Origin: Nitrosospira multiformis ATCC 25196
Lineage (GTDB): Bacteria > Pseudomonadota > Gammaproteobacteria > Burkholderiales > Nitrosomonadaceae
Assembly (NCBI RefSeq): GCF_000196355.1
Contig: NC_007614.1
Coordinates: 2,760,001 to 2,792,000, forward strand
DNA length: 32,000 nucleotides
Reading direction: 5' to 3'
Positions 20,628-28,900 of the stretch are shown one piece after another. The notes under the pieces were generated by a model. It made no database searches. It was not told the DNA's origin and was given only the letters and a program-made list of their open reading frames with translations. The translations under genes and the position numbers were made by a program. Every line of letters begins with the position of its first letter. The stretch's first letter is position 1.

Positions 20628-21008
20628 AAGGTGGAGCTGCCGTTAAGGTCCTGAACTACAAATCATACGAACGTTAAACCTTGCTTCCGCATTAGGAATT
20701 AGTGGACCGGCTCGATCGAACCTGAGGATGCACTGATGTAGGGGGATAGGTAGATTGAATCGGAACTGAGGGGAGCAGGAACAAGATGCGCCCCGCATTT
20801 CGCGATTGGCGGCCTGTTCGGGGAAGGGCGCGAGACGCGAGGCAGGGCTGGTTCGGCGCGAGTTCCGGGCGGGAATATCCGCATGCGAAGGGGTTGCCGC
20901 TCAAGCCAGGTAGGTGGGATGGAATGAAATCAAACGCCGCTGGCAACCACAGACGGCGTTCCGGAAACCCACCTGCTTCTAAACCGATGTGATGAAGGTG
21001 GGAGCTGC
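20628..21008. other. GC-rich, ORF-poor, helix-rich element flanked by imperfect direct repeats AAGGTG(G)GAGCTGC. It may be a structured ncRNA or a small non-autonomous insertion; its identity is unknown.
   Basis: Direct repeats at 20628..20640 and 20995..21008. Nested complementary pairs: CGGAACT 20761..20767 with AGTTCCG 20861..20867, AGGTGGG 20912..20918 with CCCACCT 20968..20974, and AACGCCG 20933..20939 with CGGCGTT 20954..20960. Only Arg/Pro/Gly-rich overlapping ORFs occur here. Confidence 0.45.
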
Positions 21009-21032
21009 TGTCCTTTTCGAGGGGCGGCAGCT
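21003..21032 (-). terminator. 11-bp stem-loop 13 nt downstream of the GH114 gene stop; there is no adjacent U-tract in the present sequence
   Basis: AGCTGCTGTCC-ttttcgag-GGGCGGCAGCT (two G-U pairs). On the minus strand a T-rich run (ccacctttgctttcttc) would follow the hairpin only if the 20641..21008 element were removed. Confidence 0.35.
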
Positions 21033-21044
21033 ACGTTGGTGTGA

Positions 21045-22493
21045 CTATCTGCAGGATTCCCTCCAGGCATCCAGAGACAGGTTTTTCTTTAGAAAATCGA
21101 AATTCAATGTATTTGCTTGCGGGCAAAAGCTTGAATTCGCGAGATTGTATTCGATACCGAATACAGCTTTTCCGGCATCAACAAATGGTTTGAGTGTATC
21201 GCATTCGCTGTACTGGAAGCATTCTTCATTCACGGCAAAGTCGAAATAATTCACAAGATCCTTGATTTGGTCGAGATTATTTTTCAAACCTATAGCAAGC
21301 CCAAGTTCATGTGCCGCTTCAGCAAGGGCTACGTTATAAGTCAACTGATCGTTGTAGCTGAGGACAAATCCCGTATTGTTGCTGTAGCCGTCAACGTTGT
21401 CTGGATCGACGCCATCGCAGCCTTTCTGCGCGGCCTGTTCCATCCGCGCCCGCATGATGGGAATGAGAATATCCAATTTTCTTATGTCCAGCCATTTCTC
21501 ACCTGCCCAGCCGTCAAGATTCCGGCCGAGAACCACGATTGGAAATGAGGCAGCATCAGGACGCCAGTTTTCATGGCTCCCCGCACTAAAATAACAAATA
21601 ACTCGCTTGCCTGTTGATCTCAGTGCCGAGATAACCGCTGCACTTGTATCAAACAAATCGAGATTATAAACGTCGACACCGAGCGATGTATTAATCGTAC
21701 CAGTGTACTGAATTTGCCACTTTGATCCAGGGGCAGGTTGCCAGCGGTTTCCATCGTTTACAACGGTGGGCGGCTGGCTGCTAGCTGCATCATTGCTTGA
21801 CCCTAGGGTATCTGTAGATGGATCGGATACCGCACTTTTTACTTCCAACCCAATGAAATCAAGTTGGCTATTGTTTCCTCCATTCCTTGTCACGTAGCGT
21901 AACGTTATCTGATTCCGGCTGTTAATAAATTGGGATGGTTCTATTATCGTTGTGAGGATATCACTCCAGAATCCATCTTTTACATTGCCATTGTCTGCAA
22001 TATGGGCCCACTTGCCAGTTTTAACATTAAGTAATTGAAATTCCCACTTTTGAAGAGACTTTTCTCGCCCACGGTAATTTGCATGGAATATTAATTGCTG
22101 AATCGTTTTATCAGGTTTAGCTGGCAGATTGAACCGAAAAATTCCCACATATCCCAGTTGATCGGTAGCAAATTCTATATAGCTGTCCGAATTATCGTCC
22201 GAGCTCTGCTGATCTTTTACAGCGAGAACTTCCAGGGGCTGGGGCGTCGATGAACCTCTTTTATTTAATAAGCTAGATGGAAAAATGAACTCGGCGAAGC
22301 TCACATTCGCACTTAGAAGAGTAATGCCAACAAGCAGCTTAATTACGCTTTTTACTTGTCTGAGGGACTTGATCAAAGAAATATTCGCACTTAGAAGAGT
22401 AATGCCAACAAGCAGCTTAATTACGCTTTTTACTTGTCTGAGGGACTTGATCAAAGAAATATTAGAAATTGTATTTGTTGCGGTTTCCGACAT
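21045..22493 (-). CDS. Secreted or anchored GH114-family endo-alpha-1,4-polygalactosaminidase-like protein (Ega3-like) with an N-terminal beta-sandwich-like domain
   Basis: 482 aa with GAGGAA SD 8 nt upstream. The C-terminal ~230 aa carry GH114 (Pfam Glyco_hydro_114) hallmark strings: RVICYFSAGSHENWRPD, WLDIR, QKGCDGVDPDNVDGY, GLAIGLKNN and AVNEECFQYSEC. A Ser/Thr/Pro linker precedes the domain. The N-terminal signal-anchor is tandemly duplicated. Confidence 0.8.
   Translation of the reverse strand: MSETATNTISNISLIKSLRQVKSVIKLLVGITLLSANISLIKSLRQVKSVIKLLVGITLLSANVSFAEFIFPSSLLNKRGSSTPQPLEVLAVKDQQSSDDNSDSYIEFATDQLGYVGIFRFNLPAKPDKTIQQLIFHANYRGREKSLQKWEFQLLNVKTGKWAHIADNGNVKDGFWSDILTTIIEPSQFINSRNQITLRYVTRNGGNNSQLDFIGLEVKSAVSDPSTDTLGSSNDAASSQPPTVVNDGNRWQPAPGSKWQIQYTGTINTSLGVDVYNLDLFDTSAAVISALRSTGKRVICYFSAGSHENWRPDAASFPIVVLGRNLDGWAGEKWLDIRKLDILIPIMRARMEQAAQKGCDGVDPDNVDGYSNNTGFVLSYNDQLTYNVALAEAAHELGLAIGLKNNLDQIKDLVNYFDFAVNEECFQYSECDTLKPFVDAGKAVFGIEYNLANSSFCPQANTLNFDFLKKNLSLDAWRESCR
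22305..22463 (-). repeat. Perfect 78-bp tandem duplication (2 copies + 3 nt) inside the 5' end of the GH114 gene
   Basis: 22305..22382 is identical to 22383..22460. At protein level NISLIKSLRQVKSVIKLLVGITLLSA occurs twice back to back (residues 11-36 and 37-62). No mismatch was seen. Confidence 0.95.
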
Positions 22494-22509
22494 TGTATTG
22501 TTTTCCTCA

Positions 22510-22544
22510 ATTGGAATTTATGAAGCTATTGGAATTTATAAAGC
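22510..22544 (-). promoter_or_regulatory. Two 17-nt direct repeats at 18-bp period in the GH114 5' region
   Basis: ATTGGAATTTATGAAGC (22510..22526) and ATTGGAATTTATAAAGC (22528..22544), 16/17 identical, lying 17-51 nt upstream of the ATG at 22493. Function unknown; they could be a direct-repeat regulator site or 5'-UTR element. Confidence 0.3.
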
Positions 22545-22924
22545 CAAATAGAGTTAATAATTTGGTCCGGGAGTAACGGTAAGGTGACTCGGAGTTCGAA
22601 GCCGGAGCCATAAACGCCGCCTCCAGATCCGAGGTCCATTCCTGATGGAAATATCTCGTTGACAGCGCCTTGCAAACGCATGCGGTTCTTATACCGAGAG
22701 AAATCGTGCCGCTGTCTTTCACTACTGTGACTAGCTCGCGGTTCGCTGTCGTTGCACTATCCCCCTCCTTGGCGATTCTACGGATTTTACGTTATCCCTT
22801 CCGCACCGATGAGATTCGTTTTCGGGTGAGAACTACTCCGGAAGCTGAAGGAGGAAGTAAGCAATTAGCAACGAGATTCAGGCGCTCGATGGAAAAAGTG
22901 GGTGAACGCGTGTCATATAGCCCT

Positions 22925-22962
22925 TTAAGCCAATTAAGCCATCTTTTTTGCCGTTTTAGCCA
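22925..22962 (+). promoter_or_regulatory. Three phased copies of T(T/A)AGCCA(A/T) followed by an A7/T7 tract upstream of the 711-aa gene
   Basis: TTAAGCCA at 22925..22932 and 22934..22941, and TTTAGCCA at 22955..22962. These are followed by ttaaaaaaattttttta, 120-155 nt upstream of ATG 23081. Candidate operator/UP region only. Confidence 0.25.
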
Positions 22963-23080
22963 TTTAAAAAAATTTTTTTACCTTATCCCAATATCCCAGC
23001 GATTTTGTATACCCCGGTCTATGCTGGACTAGGGAATCCCCCATTTTTTTGTCTTCGTTTACGAAAAGGAGATTTCATTC

Positions 23081-25216
23081 ATGAAAGAGAACTTGAGTCT
23101 GAAACGCTCGTTACTTGTCTCGGTGATAATGGGGCTGGCTTTAATTGGGGCATCGCCGGCATTTGCCGATAATGCTGTCAAATTGAGGATATTGCTCATT
23201 ACGACAGGCGATATAACGACAGACCCTGTATTTGCTTATATCAAGCCCGTCCTTGACGAAATGGGCGTGCAATACGATGTATTCAATGCCAACACGCAGG
23301 ATTTAACGGCAGCAATGCTCGCCTCTTCTTCAACCGGAGCCGTCTGCAAAGCTCAGGATGCCGGGTGCATAGGTAGTTACAATGGCATTATCTTGACCGA
23401 CTCTGACTTGGTCCCAGCCTTCACGCCTTCCGAATGGGATATCCTTCATGACTACCAGAAAAACTTCGGGGTCCGCGAGGCAGTGCTATCGGGGTGGCCG
23501 GCTACTTATTCGGACCCGGGACCTCCTTCTGGCATCTACCTGGATTACGGGCTTGTCTATTCATCCAGTGGAAACAACTACGAGGGTACGTGGAGCGTGC
23601 CCACCACAGCCAGCAAGGAAATTTTTGAGTATGTGAACCAGGCTAATCCACTTCCAATTACGGACTTTGCCTTCGCCGCCAATCCTCGAAATGATGGTAC
23701 CGCTATGCGGGATGGGACCGTAGCCACTGTTGAGCCCCTCCTCAAAACCCAGAATGGCGAAGCGCTGGTATCGGTCGTGCGGTACATGATGCCGAACCAG
23801 GCTACACCCGCACGCGAAGTCATGATCTCGACCATTACGAATGCTTCATTTCTCATCCACTCAAAAGTTCTGGCCTATGAGTTCGTCAACTGGGCGACGC
23901 AAGGGGTCTTCGTTGGGAAGCGCTATGTCCATATGGCAGCCCACGTGGACGATTTGTTTCTGAGCAACAGCCTGTGGGATTCCGAACTCAAGAATGATCA
24001 TCCTACCAATACCTATAGGTTAAACAGCGGCGATATTGCCAATGCAGTGAGCCAGCAGAACGCCTTTCGTGCCGCTCATCCGACAGCCGGGGCCTTCAAG
24101 CTGGATTTTGCCTTCAACGGTTCCGGGGCAGTGGTAGATCCGGAAGCAATGACATTGGCTCCAAATCTGACGGAAGACCTGGTAGCGGCAGTGGTGGCTA
24201 ATAAAGCACAATTCCGCTTCATCAACCACACCTTTACACATGCCGACATGGATAAGGCGCCGGTTCCGGCTAATGCTCCCTGTGATTATGAAACCTTTAC
24301 TACCATCGCGGCAATCAAGGCGGAAATTACCAAGAACCGGAAGGTCTGGGATCTTCTGACGCTTCCCGAGAGGAGCCAGAACAATCGGGTGCTCGTGAGC
24401 GGCAATCACTCCGGCTTGAAAGACCGCAAATGCACTGCGGATCCTGCCTTGCATCCGGAGATGTTCGACGTTCAATCGGATGACGTGGCATTTGACGAGG
24501 GTGGCGCCAATCCACTATTCCTCCAAGCCGTCGCTGACCTGGGCGTGGACTATCTTGCCTCGGACTCATCGCAAAAGGGCCAGAACCTCGAGCAATATAT
24601 CACTCAGTACGACGATGGCAGCAATACGGACCGGGTCATGCTGCCGCGCTGGCCCACCAGCGTTTTCTATAATGTAACGAACCCAGCTCTGCTGGTGGAT
24701 GAGTACAACTATATATTTCATGATAGGTTTGTAAAGGCCGGGCAGAATCCATGCGAAATACCGGGAGCCATCTGCACTCCCCGTAATTACGCGGAAATTC
24801 TACTGGCAGAGGCAGATACTGCATCACGCCACATGCTGATGTTCAACAAATGGCCTCATTTTTTCCATCAGACGAACGTGGCCAAATACGATGCAAGCGG
24901 CAGTACGCTCCAGTTTGACTGGTTGAGCGCCGTTTTCGCCCAGTACGAGCGGCTTTTCAAGCTACCGGTCAGAAATTATCCCTTTTATCTTATTGGGGAC
25001 AATACTGAAGAAGGTCTCAAAGCCAAAGCTGCGGCGATTCAAGCAGTGTGGAATCGCGCGACCAATCAGGTCACCCTGTCAGCAAACGTAGCCGTACCCC
25101 TTCTTTTTGTCACGGGTATCTCCGGCGGGGAACTATACGGCGGTCAGTTTATCCGTCGCATTAACATAACCACAACGCCCGCATCGTATGGGGTCAATCG
25201 GGGACTTACTCAATGA
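23081..25216 (+). CDS. Secreted metal-dependent polysaccharide deacetylase-like protein (CE4-superfamily motif order; possibly Agd3/CE18-like)
   Basis: 711 aa with AAGGAG SD 9 nt upstream and signal peptide ...LIGASPAFA/DN. Motifs occur in CE4 order: AAHVDD (residues 286-291, Asp-Asp), NHTFTH (382-387, H-T-x-x-H), LPRWP (521-525, RxP) and WPHFFHQ (591-597). The large N-terminal non-catalytic region matches the multidomain layout of fungal Agd3. The family assignment is inference. Confidence 0.6.
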   Translation: MKENLSLKRSLLVSVIMGLALIGASPAFADNAVKLRILLITTGDITTDPVFAYIKPVLDEMGVQYDVFNANTQDLTAAMLASSSTGAVCKAQDAGCIGSYNGIILTDSDLVPAFTPSEWDILHDYQKNFGVREAVLSGWPATYSDPGPPSGIYLDYGLVYSSSGNNYEGTWSVPTTASKEIFEYVNQANPLPITDFAFAANPRNDGTAMRDGTVATVEPLLKTQNGEALVSVVRYMMPNQATPAREVMISTITNASFLIHSKVLAYEFVNWATQGVFVGKRYVHMAAHVDDLFLSNSLWDSELKNDHPTNTYRLNSGDIANAVSQQNAFRAAHPTAGAFKLDFAFNGSGAVVDPEAMTLAPNLTEDLVAAVVANKAQFRFINHTFTHADMDKAPVPANAPCDYETFTTIAAIKAEITKNRKVWDLLTLPERSQNNRVLVSGNHSGLKDRKCTADPALHPEMFDVQSDDVAFDEGGANPLFLQAVADLGVDYLASDSSQKGQNLEQYITQYDDGSNTDRVMLPRWPTSVFYNVTNPALLVDEYNYIFHDRFVKAGQNPCEIPGAICTPRNYAEILLAEADTASRHMLMFNKWPHFFHQTNVAKYDASGSTLQFDWLSAVFAQYERLFKLPVRNYPFYLIGDNTEEGLKAKAAAIQAVWNRATNQVTLSANVAVPLLFVTGISGGELYGGQFIRRINITTTPASYGVNRGLTQ

Positions 25217-25273
25217 GTATCCACTACTCCGAGAAATTTTTTCGGTAAAGATTAAATTAAGAGGATTTTCAAA

Positions 25274-25693
25274 ATGGTGAACTATATACATTCGGTTAGA
25301 ACTGTCCTTACCTTGCTGATTTTTGCCATTATCGTTTCGATTGGCTTGGGAACTACAGGGTCAGCACATGCAGTTCCAGACGAGGCTATAGGGAAAATTG
25401 GAAAGGCACTTAACCAGATCAATAAAGCGACTAGAATTGAGATACTGAAGAGGAATGACTATAAGTTAAAGGCGCGAGAACCGCATTACTCCGAGCAGGC
25501 CGCATCCCTGGCACAGCAATACAGAGAGACCGCCGAGTTAGTTGCACGTCAAGGCGGCGACACCCAGGCGCTTCTTGCCGCAGCTGCTTATTTCGAGGGC
25601 GAATCACAACTTATTTCGAGGGTTGGGCCGCTGGATCGCTTTCTGCCAAATGATAGTGCTTCTGTGAAGCACAATCACAGCTCCGCTAAATGA
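25274..25693 (+). CDS. Small secreted helical protein of unknown function, co-oriented with and 58 nt downstream of the deacetylase-like gene
   Basis: 139 aa with AAGAGGA SD and signal peptide ...GLGTTGSAHA/VP. The mature part is predicted helical (AASLAQQYRETAELVARQGGDTQALLAAAAYFEGE). A strong terminator follows. Confidence 0.6.
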   Translation: MVNYIHSVRTVLTLLIFAIIVSIGLGTTGSAHAVPDEAIGKIGKALNQINKATRIEILKRNDYKLKAREPHYSEQAASLAQQYRETAELVARQGGDTQALLAAAAYFEGESQLISRVGPLDRFLPNDSASVKHNHSSAK

Positions 25694-25705
25694 GAACGTG
25701 GAGTG

Positions 25706-25730
25706 CCCCCGGTGAAGCGGGGGTTTTTAT
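25706..25730 (+). terminator. Rho-independent terminator
   Basis: CCCCCG-gtgaag-CGGGGG followed by TTTTTATT, 13 nt after the stop at 25693. Confidence 0.8.
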
Positions 25731-25747
25731 TAACCTATGGGAGATCA

Positions 25748-25856
25748 ATCTTCTGGCGCTTCCCGAGAGGAGCCAGAACAATCGGGTGCTCGTGAGCGGC
25801 AATCACTCCGGGCAGTACGCTCCAGTTTGACTGGTTGAGCGTCGTTTTCGCCCAGT
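25748..25856 (+). pseudogene. Two-piece relic copy of the 711-aa deacetylase-like gene
   Basis: 25748..25811 matches 24351..24414 (64 nt, 1 mismatch). It is joined directly to 25812..25856, which matches 24900..24944 (1 mismatch). The relic therefore lacks about 485 bp that separate the two segments in the intact gene. The junction lies in a 1-nt G microhomology. Confidence 0.85.
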
Positions 25857-25872
25857 TTCGGAGGTTCCGAAT

Positions 25873-25895
25873 TGTCCCCGCCAAAAGCGGGGGCA
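25873..25895. terminator. 9-bp stem-loop between the gene relic and the pelB stop; possible pelB terminator
   Basis: TGTCCCCGC-caaaa-GCGGGGGCA, 32 nt downstream of the pelB stop on the minus strand. There is no clean U-tract on either strand. Its GCGGGGG arm resembles the 25706 terminator. Confidence 0.4.
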
Positions 25896-25926
25896 ATTAT
25901 TCATCTATCCCAGCTTCCCCGGGGAT

Positions 25927-28900
25927 TCAGAAGCGAATGGAGTATTGGAGGCCGGCCCCCGCATAAGCCTGATTAGTCCTGCCGCCTTGGACATTGCTAT
26001 AAAAAACGCTGGCGCTAAGAATATCCGATCCCATTAACGATATCCCCATCAATACACGCGCGTTATACCCTAGATCATTAGCAGGCCACACCCATCCTGT
26101 CCACGCATCCCCAAGAACGAAGGGGCGTCGCAGCACTCCCTGATCAAACGGCCCATAGCGAAAACTCGTCCCCATGCCCATGAGAGCAAATCTCCGTGGG
26201 ATCAGCGTCTCCACACCCGGCAAGGAAGGGCTCAATACCCCAGTTAAGTCAGAAGGAGTCGTCTGTGTAAGGTCGTTTCTTTCCAATGATCCCTGAAGTC
26301 TGATTTGCCAATCCTGAATGCCTCTAAGCAAAGAGTGGCCCAGAATCGTTTGCACCTTATAGCCTTTACCCAGGTTATTTCCTTCCCTGGTGGAATAGCG
26401 ATGACCATCGATATCTACATGGAGGAATGTTTGCGGTGTTAATTGAGTAGTCACCCCCAGTAAAAGCATATCTTTTTTCCCTAGCGCTCGTAACGCCCCT
26501 GTTTCGTGGCTTAGTTCATTCACTCCTATACGCAAGCTGGTTTTTAATCTGCTTGTTACATCCTGGTTAACCCTGACTGCCCCGTAAGCAATGGAATCCA
26601 CTTCTCTCAAGTTGCCACCGACATTCACCTGGTATGCCCCTTGCCCCAGAGGATGCTTAAATTCCGCCATTATGTCTACTTCATTATGTGCAGGCAGAAC
26701 AATCTCCGGATTTGAAGAATCCAGATAGGTGTGCCTTACTTCCGCTGCCAGCACCCCACCTGAACCAGGCATATTAAAACGCGCTCGGCTTTCGATAAAA
26801 TTTATACGTCCAAGCGTCTTGAAGTCAACGCCTCCTGTTACTTGCTTGCTTGATTTTACTATCAGATCATCCCTGACACTGAAGAGGTAAGATTGCAGTG
26901 CAGGGTCTCCTTTATGTGAATCAAGAAGTTTATAGGTAAATGACAACGCCTCCTCGTTTCTCTCCAGACGCCTGAGCGTCTCCATTCTGTTGAAGTTCGA
27001 AAGCCTGTCATTTTCGCTTTCAAGAATATGCTCGGCAGCAGCGAGATCATTTTCCCCCAGAGCTAAAGCAAGGCGCTGCCACGCTGGTGTTTCCTGTCTT
27101 GCAACATGCTCTTGCAATAACCAGTAACGAGCAGCCGGATAATTCTCCTGAGATAGGTATGCAGCGACCAGCAATTCTTGAACTCCAGCATTGTCGTATC
27201 CTTTGGCCAGAAATTTTTTTAATATAGATACATCAGCATTCACGCCTTCCATGTCGCGCATCAAAGCCAGATATTCCGGACGTAACCACTCCTTAATCTT
27301 CCTGGCTGAAACCGCATTACCAATTTCCTTGAGACGTGATCTTAAGTTAAACAGGACGTATTTACGCAGACGCCACGCTCCATCCCTATACCCAGCCCTG
27401 TTCATGACATCAGCATAGCTGAGCAGCCAGAGATAATCATCAGGATTGATCCGCGCCTTGCGCTCAAACCAGGGCAGAGCTTCCTGGTTCTGGCCAACCT
27501 TGACCAATGCGGTTCCATAAACGCCCCATAAAGACCGGTTTTTTGAGGCATCGGCTTGCCAGGTTTTAATATAGGACCGGAGTAACCGCTTATCACCTCG
27601 GCCAATGAGATTCCATAAAATTCCTTCCTTTGCGGTAGTCGATGCCGGACTGACTTTTAAAGCTTGCTGATACTGCTTTAAAGCTATTTCAGGTTTGCTC
27701 TCCCGGGTATTCAACTCCGCGCGCAGGAGCCAGTACATCTCTGAGTCCAGAAACTGCGACTCCTTACTCATTGCCACTTTAAAAAGCCGCCTTAGTTCAT
27801 CTGACAAACCTGCCTGATTAGCAACATCCATAGCAAGCAGCAACCAACGAGGCTGTTTGAGACGATCATAAGCTTCTTCACCGATCGCGATGGATTCTTC
27901 TGCCCTGCCCATATCTCGCATCAACTGAATCAACCGTTCCGCAACAAGCGCATTGGCATTTTCTGATTTCCACAGAATGCCATAAGCCGTCACCCCATGC
28001 TCCAATCGTTTCAGGTCCCACGAAAGCTCCCCTAAAATCTCCCAGAAATACGTCTCATTTGAGGTCACATTATTTTTATTTGATAACAGTATAGAAAGAG
28101 CCTTCTCGGGTTTGCCGTTTTTCCGCGTTAATCTGGCTTGATGAGCCACCGCCTCTGGCATGCGATTGAAACGTGCCCCGATAAGTTGCCACGTCGTCAC
28201 GGCATCAGTTAATTGTTCTGCACTTTCCTGTGTTTTAGCCAACGCTTCCCATCCCTGTGAATCCTCAGGATACCGCTTTAAATAGGATTTCAGAAAATTG
28301 ACGTGATCAGCTAAGCTTCCCGCCTCCTTGTAGGCAGATAACAAGGTGTTCATTTCCTCGCTTGTTAATTTCCGTGTGTTTGATAACTGTGTCAGCAGTT
28401 CCAAAGCAGCATCGTAAGCTTTTAGCCCTACCGAAAGCCGAACCGCATTCATGATGGCCGCATCATCTTTCCTATTTCTTGCCAGCCATAACCATTCCTT
28501 CAATGCGATCTCTGGCATCAAAGCCCATTCTGCAATACGTCCCACCCTTTCATGAGCGCTTTCATCGGCTGGAACAATCTCAACCACCCGCTGAGCTAAA
28601 ACCAAAGCCGGCCGGATTTCCCCAACCGCAAGAGCACGATCGAGCTGCTTTTTAATTTGCACAGGATCGTTAGCCTCCAGCGCTAGCCGCAGTATGCCCA
28701 TTTCATATGCACGCCTCGGCTCGTTGTCAGCCAGATTAATACTGATAACCTCATCTACCAGTTCAGGATCTTGTGGAAATTTCTGCTGATAGTTACGGAA
28801 ATATTCGAGAGCGAGCTTACTATCGCCCGTCTCCCGCAATGCTTGAAGGGTTAGAATTGCAAACTGCCGGGCCTGGGATGCGTCCTTCGACATCTCATGG

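Noticed and set aside
20255-20920. Possible riboswitch identities: cobalamin-like strings (GGGGAAGGGC, AAGCCAGGTAGG) and c-di-GMP-I-like strings (ATGCAAAGCG, GGGTTACCG) on the plus strand
   Set aside because: Only fragments of the consensus are present; for example there is no GCCACTG core or GACGCAAAGCC. The matches are on the plus strand, where no gene follows, so I do not call a riboswitch. An Rfam scan is needed.
20692-20992. Three ORFs (84, 61 and 68 aa) in the GC-rich element
   Set aside because: They overlap mutually and are Arg/Pro/Gly/Ser-rich low-complexity translations. This is more consistent with structured non-coding DNA.
10336-22463. CRISPR array possibility for the repeated sequences
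   Set aside because: The 27-bp and 78-bp repeats are contiguous, with no spacers, and are in frame within ORFs. No repeat-spacer architecture or cas genes were seen anywhere in the window.
22560-22640. tRNA-like T-loop string GGAGTTCGAAGCCGGAG
   Set aside because: The flanking bases do not form a T stem or an acceptor stem, so it is not a tRNA or a recognisable tRNA fragment.
22670-23032. 120-aa plus-strand ORF (and 22507..22722 minus) in the divergent control region
   Set aside because: There is no SD and the composition is odd (runs of R, F, S). The ORF overlaps the phased TTAAGCCA repeats and the A/T tract, so it is probably non-coding.
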